Shown piece by piece: positions 49,939 to 62,015 of a stretch of 64,000 nt of DNA. The notes beneath the pieces were generated by a model that was not told the origin of the DNA, made no database searches, and was given only the letters and a program-made list of their open reading frames with translations. Origin of the DNA: Phoronis australis (taxonomy: Eukaryota; Animalia; Phoronida); NCBI GenBank assembly GCA_002633005.1, contig NMRA01000076.1, forward strand, positions 932,748-996,747, read 5' to 3'. The stretch's first letter is position 1. Every line of letters starts with the position of its first letter. The translations under genes and the position numbers were made by a program.

Positions 49939-52618
49939 GAATACCACTACGATATTCTGTCTCGAATTCGTTTTGTCTGGAGATGTCCCAACGAGACCAA
50001 TGAGCTTTTTGTATCGATGCGATGGTTTGTGGTCATGTGCTTTGTTTTTTTGTTATGTGGCGTCAGGTGAAAAATTTTATTCCATTTCCGCTGGACTCGT
50101 CAAAGTCGATGTCAAAGGTCATGTTGAATGTTGCCATTATCACGCAAAGCTGGTTTTACACTAACCAAGCTCATTGGTTTGTGCAACGAACTAAATATAG
50201 TATTTAGCTCACTGCGCTAACAAACAATGCTTGATTTGAAATGGATTTTGGATTTAGGAAGTTAAGGATGTATTTGACTTACTTCTGATGATGATGATGT
50301 CCCAAATGCAAATTGAAGAAAGCAGCCTGATCGGAACACGCGTCGGAATTTCATCGGCGAATGTTGGCCGACAGTTTTTTCGTTTTTAGGGATGTTTTAA
50401 GAACAACGTTACGAATAAATGTTGTGGCACTACAGGTGAACAATGAATTTGCAGTTGTATAGAAACCGTGAAAACAGCTCTACGTGAACTCACCATTACG
50501 TACGGGATCTGCTTTCCGGTATTGCTGCATACACTTCGTGTATCTGACCGTGCGCGCACATGCATGGGAACAGGACAGTTATTGAGTACTAAGTATTGGT
50601 ATATAACTTCATAATTTACACAAATTATATTGCAAAATTTCATGACAATCGAAACATGAATGACAAAACAGTTTAATATTGTGGTTATTTAATAAACTTG
50701 CAACCGTTTAAAGAATTACGTAATGAGTCTCGACAAACAGTTCGGCAGAATCCAATGATGAAAATGTGGCAACATTCTTTGGAGTTCCTAGTAGCTGCCC
50801 GAAAATCCATACGACTTTGACATGGTTGCAACAGCTGCCCATAGATACTCCGCCTGATGAATAGTCAAGTCTTCAACAAAAGGTTGTAAAATAATCAGTT
50901 CCAATGAAGTCATTTTAGCAATCAATTTGGCCTTCTGTTGTTCTAGACTTTTCCACAACTTCTGCTCACTGCCGTCACGACTTTATATCCGTTTCCAACC
51001 AGGCTTGCATTCCGTAGACCCTAGACATTAGTTTGCACCTGCTGCCGAAAATCTTCGGTTTTGCAAAGGAAACAGTGAATTTTATCTCAGTAATTTACAA
51101 TTTCTATCCCATAATTCGACGTATTCCAACCTCACCGACCAATTGCTAAGTTATCCGAGGTGTTGAGCATACTCGGGAAACACTCACCTTTCACTCATCG
51201 GCGTGATTAATTAGCGTGGCCTTGCCTGAAATCGTCTTCCCCACAGGAAACGTGGCCTATGGAGGGCTGTCCAGCATCAGCATTTATTCCTGTCAGATGA
51301 CAACTAGCATTGAAACAGGTGTCACCTTCCACCTAACAATGAAACTAGTAACAACTATTCGTTTCAATATTACGTAATTGACACTGTTCACACCCACTTT
51401 CCATCACTGACCATTAATGCAATGTGTCACAAAACAAGTGAATATGAGGATCGGTGCAAAGAAATTACATTTTCAGTTTAAAACTTATCCAGCATGTAAC
51501 GAAAACGGATACCGCTCGTCATAGCTTTAGAAGTGTTGTCGTCAGTTTTGAGGTAAGCGGTACGGTCGATCCACAGGGTAAGTAAAGCACATGACTTTGA
51601 CAGGCTCAGTCATTGATTCCGTAGGTTTCACATACGAGTGACTTTTAATATAATCCGCAGCAACATTGATAAGCTCGCTGATCTCCAAGACGAACAAATT
51701 TGTTGTTATTTTTCTCTCTCACCTCTAACAATCAAAGCATCCGGATCTTATACCTGTGGTGCTTTGTGCTTGACTTTCGAAAAAAATTATTCCAGGCTAT
51801 CTCTAATACCAAATTCCATACCGACGTTTATTGATACTCTAAAGTCTCATGACTGAAGTCAATGCTTGAGATGGTCTTGATTCAAATAATAGAGCCTTAA
51901 ACCAGAATACGTTCCACCACCCCAATCCTGAGTCCAGGAACAGTGACTGATTGTCTAGTCATGCCTTTCGTTTTCAACAGCACAGGCGTACAGTCTTGAA
52001 TACATTCCTTCTAAATCACCAGTCTTTACTGTCCAAGATGTGCTATGTTCTTGGTGAAATGAAAATCATAGAATGATGTCCTCGGGGCTCTAACGGACTG
52101 TAAACATTCACGGTTTTTGCTTTACTTATTTAGCGCAATATTTCCTTTCTTAAGTCATTTTCTGAATGTATGTATTTGTGTTATTTCTGGTATCAACGAA
52201 TTTAAATTGATTAGAAATACCTCTGAAATTTCTATGCGTTGGATATCCGTTTTGAAATTGCTTCAATATTACAGTGTATTTGGCGGAGGTGAGGAAAAGT
52301 AAGTTTCACGCTTCCTTTCATTGTTTTCCAACCAGGAGCTTTCGTGAACGTAATCATGCGTATACCTAAAATGTCGGCAGATTTACACTGAACTGCTTAA
52401 TGATAAAATCACTACCTTATTATTTGGTTTCTTATATTTCAGTCGTGTTCAATACTGCAATCACGCATACAGCATTTAACTTGTTGAGATAAGTTTGTAA
52501 ATTTTGATCTCTACTGATTACTTGTGAGCTTTTTGTCAAATATTTACTTTCGTAGGCGGTAAAGTATTGCGTAAATGTTTGTTCGGATTTAACCGAAGTG
52601 CGATGGACAAAATGGCAA

Positions 52619-52717
52619 ATATATACATATACATATACATACATACACATACACACACGCACGCACGCACTCACACACATACACACACACACATACACAC
52701 ACATACACACACACACG

Positions 52718-52759
<42 letters not shown>

Positions 52760-52764
52760 CACAC
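52619..52764. repeat. (CA)n/(TA)n compound microsatellite
   Basis: Directly visible tandem repeat. Confidence 0.95.
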
Positions 52765-55700
52765 GTCTTGATAAGAGAGTGCAATAATCAAAGGGTGCGG
52801 TGACCATAAAATTAATCATTGTCACGTGACCAAAACATTACTTTCTGCGCTTGGAATTCCAAAGTTTCAACCTGATCAACCACGGTTTAAGCTGAATAAA
52901 TTACAGGAATTCACGTTTGATAAAAAACTAAACAAACATAATGGACTGGAGAGCATTTGGTAATTAAAATTGCAACACGGCTCATCAAGTTTGGCAAATA
53001 GCGCACCCATATAAAAGCACGGTTAGTTCAACGTATCCTAAATCTTATAAATTACAATGATAAACCGACGCTTAAGTCGTGCATGAAAATACCCGAGGTG
53101 TTCCGGATGTGTTTGATATCTGCCTATGTGTAGCTTTCTAGTCACGTGCCTTTCAAATGGAGACGTCGCACTAACCACAATGCAACATTCTGACTCATTT
53201 TCAATATGGCGGCGTTGCAACTCCGCTATTAGATGACTGTGTGAGAACAGTCTTCTAAAAACAAGAGTTTTTCCGATCAGCAGGTAGACTAAGTTCGAAA
53301 ATGAACGTCGGGTAGCGACTTAAGTGAGACCCCCTGAAACCATGGTTACGATTGTCTCGTGACCAAATTCCAAAGCTGTAATCAGGGTTGGAAAATTCGA
53401 GGCTACACTAAAATACCCGAGATGTTCTGGATGAAACAGAACCGGTCGACTTAGTTCAGAGGAATGCCTTTCGATAGAACTGCTATCGAAGAACTCAGCC
53501 GGTTAACTTGCGCTCAGCTACTACCAGATGAAACATTCTTGGCTTCGGAGATCATCTGACAAGTTTCATGCGATCGAGTTTTGGAAAATGTTCTACTTTA
53601 ACCGGAGTTAAATCGGAAGATAAACCCGCCTTCAAACACAAAGGTCAACTTTTGATTTAGACCACTTCCCATAGTGAAATTGATTAGTCGGCGAGAAAGT
53701 GATTGTCTCCGTCAGCGCGGAGTAAACCCAGGCGCCACAGTCCCCTGCTCTAGTGGCGAAGGTAAATCCCTCTACAAATGGCAGACTTCTTTTAACGCTC
53801 TTTAAACTGGTAAAGTCACAGGCCTAATTTCAGCCAATGTCTGGCAGGTGACGGCGAGAATTGACCATTTGTAATAAAATCACGAAAACACAACGTGTTG
53901 TTTCTATAGCTCTGTTCGAAGCCAATAACTTCAAGAAGTCTACCTCATCTTACAATAATTCCCCAAATGTGTGTTTCGTCATTGTTTAGATAAGGTTATT
54001 TTTCACTCAGTTCGCGTAAAATAAATTTATTGTTTTTCCCGAAAGTCCAGTTGAGGGTAATTTACGTTTGGTTGGTTAGTAGTGTGAAATAAGTCGGATA
54101 AGTTAAGAACGATATTTCACACTCCACTGCACTCTGACACATTAACTCACAGAGCGACAACTTTGGCATTAGAATATCGAATGACGAAATATTTAGCGAC
54201 AAGAGCGGCAGTAATGAATTATCGTGATATAGGTGCCAGCTTTTTGTATGCGCAGCATTGTTGCAGCAAAATCAGAGTGGCCTTGTGTTTTTTCGGGATG
54301 TGGCTATCGGTAGAAGTCTAACCTCTGTGACTTGAATTGAGCTTGGACTATATCGTAGCCTACATGCTACAGCGGCATGAGGACACGTGTAAAACAAATA
54401 TTGTTATATTGAACTATTCACAGTTGTGTTTTAGACTCTATAACTGTACCAGTATACCAACCGTCTGCTGTTCATGGAATTAAGGAATTGACAAGAAAAC
54501 TTTTTTGGACTCCATAAAATTAACTTGCCGCATGAGCATTTGAGAAGGCCATTAATCTCCCCAAGACACTTTCAGTAATGCTCTTTAGATACAAAGTTCG
54601 CCCGTTGCCATGTGACGTTGTCGAGCGTGTTTTAATCAATAACAGTTTAAAGAGGTTGATATAAAAAGCGTTATCAAAACATTATCATATGAGACGCTCG
54701 TGTACACTTTTTTACTGGGTTACTTTTATTTTCTGCCGTTATCAAAACGTTAAACACTTTTCTCAGTATAATACAAATTGATGGTGATTCAAAAAGAGAG
54801 TTCATGGCGATTTTATGGCTTAGTCAACAAATCACGGGCGGACGATATTGATTAATTGGTTCATTCGAAAACGAACTCGTGGTATAATCAATTCTCGAGA
54901 ATAAACCCAATCGTCAGGTGATACATGTACGTTCGGATTATCATCCATATTCTGTTTTACAGATGCCAGGCAGTTTCAGCTGTTTTAAGGTTACTGGAAA
55001 TTCTTGTGCTGGAGCAGCCAGTTCAAAGTTGTTTACAACTGGCTCAATCAAACAGAATGTGAGTGAAATCAATAATGACACACCAGCCCATAGACCGTAT
55101 TAGCGCAAGCCTTTGTGACCAATTCCCGCCGGGGGGGACAACTTGAGTCGTTTTTCGTGTGTGGCAAATTATACCCTCTAGCATTTCAGGCCTGCAGGAA
55201 GGTAAAAATTATTGGGGAGGGGGGCACAAACCAATTCCACTTCGCTAACCCACCTCCTTCCTATCACCACACCCCCTCGTTTTCTGGATGTCACCATATT
55301 TGCACCGAACCCCCGTGTCCGCCATAGGTGGGTTGAGGGGTAATGCCTGAGATGCAGCCATCAGAATTTGAGTAACCGTGAACCATCAAAGTTTCACGGA
55401 GAGTAAGAATGTGTCTAGGGCCAGTGCACTGACGGGTAGCTGGGATCCAACAGTGGATTCGATGAACTAGAGCTAGTCGCTGGTCAGCTCAGCTATGATT
55501 CACTTGAGACAGGCAGGTTAGCTCGTGTCTATCCATCTGCACTAGCTCAAGATCAAGATTCGTTTTATTATGATCAAGTTTCCAGAAAAGTTCATTTTAT
55601 CATGGCCATTCTTTTAAGGGATTTGTGGAAAGTTGAGGACCCGAGGTCCCTGGTATCATGAGTGCCTTTGTGGCCGTTTCAAAATCCCTTGATGAAACAC

Positions 55701-56207
55701 AGCCGCTGGTCCACCTTCTTGTGGCTGGGGGCCTGAAATGATACAGAGTGAGTCCCAAAAATGTAAACACTTCAACGCCTGGAGTTCAAATTCAGCTCCC
55801 GTGAATCACTGCAGAGTTACACCTTAATTTTAACTTGTATGCCTCAGTCATGACGTGCTCAGTGTGAGTAGTATACAGAGGAATGGAAAGCAAATGATAA
55901 AGTTTTGAAGAAAATTCATTGCGCAATACTATTGGAAACTAACAACATCAAGGAAGTGCAAAAAGAACCTTTCCCAGTTTATAAGCAATAAGTTTAATTT
56001 TATTTACTTAAGTACTTAAACTTCTTCGATCCACAGTTTGTGAAATTAAACCCACCAAACTATTTCCTAAGTCAATAAACAATTTATTATCAAAAAATAT
56101 ATTTTATACGCTTTGTAGAGCTATCCGACATTTACCAATATCTTTGAGACTTCTTTCAGATGCACTAATCAAATGGTGTAGTGTACTTTTTTATTTGGGT
56201 ACCTGAC

Positions 56208-56529
56208 CAGTGGCGTATTTAGGGGGGGGGGCAAGGGGGCCATGNGCCCCCCCCCCCCTAAAATTCAGACACCATTTGGCGGTTCGGGGTGCGAATTGCT
56301 GACTAGCATATGCGCGCACCCAGGGAAGCTCGGGGTGGCGATTGCACAATGCATAGGCCTTGAAGAAACCCCGTTTACCTTTTTTGTTTTTTCAGTAATA
56401 AGGTCTACAAACCCAAAAACTCGAGACCCACACATCCCTACATTTTAGGCTGGGCGCGCGCGTGTGGCGAAATTCTGGTTATTCCTGTGCCCTGCCGCCC
56501 CCTAACTCAAAATCCTGGATCTGCCCCTG
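56208..56529. mobile_element. GC-rich hAT-like MITE with apparent 5-bp TSD
   Basis: CAGTGGCGTATTTAGG ... CCTGGATCTGCCCCTG ends, internal G/C-run palindrome, CTGAC on both sides (56203-56207 and 56530-56534). Confidence 0.65.
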
Positions 56530-58964
56530 CTGACGGTAGATCGAAATTTCCCAATGTCTTCTTGCGACTAAATTCCTTGAAAAAATTGTCATTTCTTACA
56601 TAACTAGCGAATTAGCGAAACCACGAGCAATAGGTTTACCTTGATTTAATGACTTAACTCCTTTTTGATCCCTGTTAGTGAGTTTAAACGACAAATCTTG
56701 TACGGAAGTCAAAAAGCAATGCATTTATTATCCTTTGAATTGTGAGTAAATTTTTGGGAAATGTCCAAATTTCATCAATGTCTTTGAGAGTTATTTTAGA
56801 TCTGTATTTTTTCCATATTCAGGCTTCAACTAAATTCACTGCAACATCATCACTTCTTAAAATATTTGCTTCTAATTACCAAAAGTCGTCTATTAACCTG
56901 TCGCTTTACGTAGATACATAAACATGTAAATCAGAAACCAACGAATTTGTTTATCAAAACGGAATGTTTTAAGCAATCGCATGATTTTTACTAGTAACTC
57001 GGGAAACATGGGAGATGGGGCATTCATATTAAGGTGTATTTTTGCTCATATCCGAGGTACCTATAACTGCTCACGAGTTTAAATTGAACTCCAAAAAACC
57101 TGTTGAAATATTTGTTTATTATTGCGAGTATTTTGAGTTCGACATGTACTCGGTCATCAATCGTAGCCCAGAGTCTTTTTGACATTTGTGAATTCATTAC
57201 AAACAGTTCCTAGTAACGACCTTAAAAAGAAATACTATTCTTGTGATACTATTGGGAAAATATAACATTAATTAACCATCGGAAGTAGCCTTTTTGTGTA
57301 ATTCACAAATGGTGATCTTCACGTTCTTCAAAATTCCAACTTTTGATGGTAGTCAATCCTATTGTATTTTTCACATTTTTGGTTGTTTGGGTCGAATGTT
57401 TTGATACTGCTGCGCTGTGCACGGTTGTTTTGTATTTTTGATGAATTTGAAATCTCAACTTTCCCTTGTGACAACTTGGCTGTGTCGGATTTACATATAT
57501 AGATGGATACCCGAACCGCTCTACCGAGAGGGGGTCCCGTCTGAAATGGGACACCTAAGACGAAAGGTTACACATCATTAAGCTTGAGAAAGGTGACATT
57601 TCATTCCATTGTCGAGTGACCTTGCAAGAAGTGACTTTCCTCAGCATGAAAGCCAGTTGTACGATTTCACAAAAAACAGGAAAATAGACATAATCGATTC
57701 CAACATTGGGCCCTCTCTTCGTGAGCGGCCCGTTAAGAATTTGCCTATAAAAACACGAAAAAGGTGGTCAGTTGAATGTCATCAATGGTCCTCTTCAAGA
57801 GCTGAGACCCTAAATATGAAAAGATCCATATTTTCAAGTCAGGAAATGCGCTAATTGATGTTATCTGCCAGGCCATCAGTTTTCTCAAGTGATACACAAT
57901 TTAGAGAAAGAAAAACACGAAAAAATAAAGCGACAGTTGTCTTTATTATCCTTTGCTAGAGAAAGGCCTCTAGGAAATATAATTTTGCGTTTCTACATTT
58001 GTGCTCCGCAAAAGCTTCGCTTTACGAATTTTCTCGATTTTTCGAAATACATGTATAAATGATCAAGTGCACGTTTTCAAGTGCGTTTAGTTGACCTACA
58101 TTTTTGCAGCAAAAACGGAGACCCTTACAACAATGTCCTGGCCAGGGACCTCAAAGAGTAAACCGTGTAATGATACTGAGTTGTCAAATGTTCTCTTGAA
58201 TTTTCTCTCTTATCCGTATTCGTAGCTTTTCTTTTCTCGACTGTCCCCGTCCCCAAGCCTATGTCGGTTGCCATGATTGAACCTAGACGCCTGCAAAATT
58301 TGGGGGGCACGCCTCCCTCCCCCCGCTTCCTACGGCCCTGCAATTGGTTTTTGAACGACCGACTTTCTTTCAAAGAGTGAGAGGGGCGAGCATAACGCGT
58401 GCCATTACCCACTAGGTAGGCAAGTACCCATTTGGTACTATGCTAACCTGTGCCACTTAGTATCCGATACTCAATTACACTTTAGGTATCGGAAATGTGT
58501 GTTATCTCTTGTAATTAAGGAACCCATCTGGTGCCTTCTGTGAAATATTTATTTGTAGAGCTGTGACCCTGAAATTCCCAATACAAGTTAAAATATTTAT
58601 TATTCTTGTTGTTTTATTTGTCCCCAATAGTTGCAGAATAAATTTATACATAACTTGAGTTTACCCAGTAATGACAAACTTTCAAATCATTCGTGCTTAA
58701 CTGAGTGATAAAGCTTACACGTCTTTACATACTCGGACCGAAATATTTAGTATTTTTGCGTGTTACTAGGTAGCATACATCACTGGAAATGGGAAGAGCG
58801 CACTATTTCGAAGGTTCACTACTCGGCCAAACGTTCACTACTCCGAAAGTTCGATATACTCGTCCAAAAATATCTAAAATTTTGGACTCTTGTGTTAATG
58901 CTTTTTCTTTTACACGAAAAGCGTCACTTCAGTTATAGCACTGAATGGTTTACCTATACACCTG

Positions 58965-59112
58965 GGCTGGGTTGCATAAAGCTTCAAAACTATCCGCTGA
59001 ATAATTTTGATTGTTCTATGACGTCAGGTGCATTGTTCAACGATAACAACATGACGCGTAATAAAGTGACGTCATTGTTGCCATACGGCGTATCACTTTT
59101 TGCATCTGGGCC
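58965..59112. mobile_element. Small Harbinger-like MITE
   Basis: ctg|ggctgggttgcataaag ... ctttttgcatctgggcc|ctg: degenerate TIR with a CTG duplication. Confidence 0.5.
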
Positions 59113-62015
59113 CTGGATAATAAACACTTTGTTTGAATTTCATGCGCATACCTTACGACTACGGAAAATGATTACTCCCGTCCTTTATTTCTAATAGAAT
59201 ATGAAGAAGAAATATTGATGGATTCTCAACCATGATACATTTATCAAATCCATGTCAAGATCGCATCATTTCACATCGCGAATGAAAAGTTTAGGACTGT
59301 TGTGCCTCCGTCCACAGAAACTACACGGGTCGAAACTAAATGTAGTTAGCAGGCTACCCTGTCCCTACCAGTCTTCACGAAGCCAGACAGTCCCATTCAG
59401 CCTTCTCAAATTTTAAACCGCCATCGGTCGGTCGCCGCAGCCCTGACCCGTGCCCCAGATTTTGTCCCTGCTTGAGAATGAGTCTTTAGCCAGATTCAAG
59501 ATTCACGATTGACAGTGACTGGAACTGAGCTCATGCGTAAGCAAAGTAATCAATATTTTAAGAACTTTTCAACTCTTGCACACCCTTGAAATGGCAACTA
59601 AATCGAAACAAATACAATACTTTATTCATGTCAGTTCCGACTCATTTGCAAACAATCGGAGTAACGAATTGTCAGAGTTCTGGTTTCGGAATTGTGGACA
59701 CTCGAATTAGTCATCTTTCAAAGGCAGAGAAGCTTCGGAGTAGTGAACGTTCGGAGTGAAGTGAACCTTCGGAAAAGTGACATCTAACATTGGAAATTTT
59801 TTCCATCAAGTCTGTTGATCACATGAAGTCTGCGAGGCTGTGCATCATTGTCACTGAATGACAAGAGAAGAAGTTGTTCATTGATCAAAGTATTAATTAG
59901 GTCTAGTCCTACTTTTTCCAAATAACGTGAACTTGAGCAACGACGGAGGGCAACCTATCCACAATCAAAGTGGAAAGTGGATGAACAACATATCTGACGA
60001 TCATACTCTATTCTAAATTTGAAAATGCCTGCACTTTATCATACATGCTATGCGAACAAGTACACCAAAATGATGTTTGTTTTCTTGGCGGTCGATTTTA
60101 AGACATTCACACCGCACTTCTTTTTGGGAGCTCTCTCGCTGCTGTAGCTTAGCTAAGCATAGACATTTACTTCTAGACTCCCTTGATACCCTATGGTGTG
60201 GCCACCACCAGCGTACAATGCCGATGAGTAACATATAAATCCTCCTCTAATCATAGGCACGATCCTGTCGTCTACGCAAAACCGTCACCCGAGCGAAGTT
60301 TGGCCTGGTACGCCAGATGATGACGTGAAGAGCTTTGAATCAGAAGCAAATTCAAAATTAACAAGTTAAAACAAATTTGATGTTGTCTTTCATGTATATC
60401 CTATCTTTAACGGATCATAGGCTAGGGCTGGACCTTTTCCGCGGAGGGGGGGGGGTTTCGATCGAATCCCGCGAACCCCCTGGCTACGGGACTGCTGTGC
60501 ACGAGCATTTAAGTAGGAGTTGTGTACTTATACTCTCCCGGACACGGGTTTACAGCCTTGACGTTGTAGAGGTCTTAGATGATATGCACGAATTCCAAAA
60601 GATACCTCCTTCCTGTCATCACTATGGACTACTTTCAAAAGTCTAGTGTAGCGCACCTACACCCTCATTAAATGTCTCTCTTGTTTTTCTTTTTGTTTTT
60701 GTTGTTGGCCCAGCGGGTTACACGCGTATAATAATAATACCGTAACACCTTTGTTCATAAAACTTTATTTATGATACGATATGCGACACTAGTATTTACG
60801 ATTGTACAAGTATGTACGTTATACGGTTAAACCTGAAACAATTAATAAAGATAAATTAAATACAATTTTTAATACAAATTGAAGTACTAAATACATCATG
60901 CTAAAATACGGAAAACTACATATCTGACATATGGTATCAACTCACAATTAGGCAAGCACCAAGCACTAGTAAGCAGAAACTTGTAGTTACAACAATTTCT
61001 ATGAATTAATCAAATAATAAAAAAACTGAGAATAGTTGTTTCTAAAGACAAAGTTTATAGTAAAACATCAAGAAATAAAGTTGTCTCTTACCAACGCTGG
61101 GTATCTGTGATATTTTTGAAGCAAGCAGCAGCCTCTCTCCAAGCGATATGAATTCTAGAGTAGCTAACAGAATATTTATACTGAATACAAGAAAGGTGGG
61201 CGGGATAGTTCAAAACATGAAAACCCACACACTTCCTCCAAAATGCTACACCTAGTTCCACAACAATTCTCAGAATAAAGTTGTTGCCGGATTCCAGCAA
61301 TGAACCCAAGTCATTACCAAGTATTGTGTAAGCAGAGAAAGTTAAGTAAGTTCGATAGATAATAGTTCTGATTATTGTTGTTGTCAGAAATGCCTCATCC
61401 CTAAGCTGACCAGTTTCAAAGAATTAAAGTTATATAACTAGCAATACACGGCACAGTTGTTATTGTAAGCATCCCACGACTGGTTAAAGACATATGGTGA
61501 ATCATTTCCTATGCATTCATACAAATGTTGGTAAACAACCAGAATATTTAACTAATTATACATCGTCAATAAAATTACATAACTTTGTGTTTCATTAGAC
61601 TAATTATCTATAGCATCAAAAAATGTCACCAACATCTAGCTTTCAGCGAATGTGTTTCCTGACAAGAAACTTGTATTTCACAGGCGGTGACAGCGTTGTG
61701 CCGAAGACAACCAACACTGAACAATCCAATGTCGGAGTTGTGAATGAAGGAAACGAGATCCAAACATTAAAATTGTAGTTTTATAGGTAAAGCAGGGCAT
61801 ATATCTTTACTTACGTCATCGGTCAAGTTTAAAGCGAACACCCTCTTCACAGATCGATCAAACGTAACCAACGGACACTATTGATTCTTCTTACTTTCCA
61901 TTTAGTATAAAGCCATAGCAATTAATGAAAAACACACAGAAAGTGTATTGAGATATCAAGCCGATGAGAATTTCCAAGACCTCCAATTACGCTAGTGTGA
62001 GCAAATCATTTGGAC

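Noticed and set aside
4398-50860. Hammerhead ribozyme cores at CTGANGA matches (about 4398, 4536, 21612 minus, 39375 minus, 50854)
   Set aside because: None is followed by a stem II and GAAA in the right geometry by eye. A covariance-model search would be needed to exclude variants.
50790-50985. About 64-codon open stretch on the minus strand (SRDGSEQKLWKSLEQQKAKL...)
   Set aside because: No recognisable family, bounded by stops, and no clear splice support; too weak to call.
15937-52825. Low-complexity ORFs ([24 protein letters not shown]) at 15937, 24386, 39478, 39568, 52432, 52567 and 52589
   Set aside because: They are translations of microsatellites.
58760-59194. 144-aa ORF
   Set aside because: Non-ATG start, runs through a MITE, no recognisable motif.
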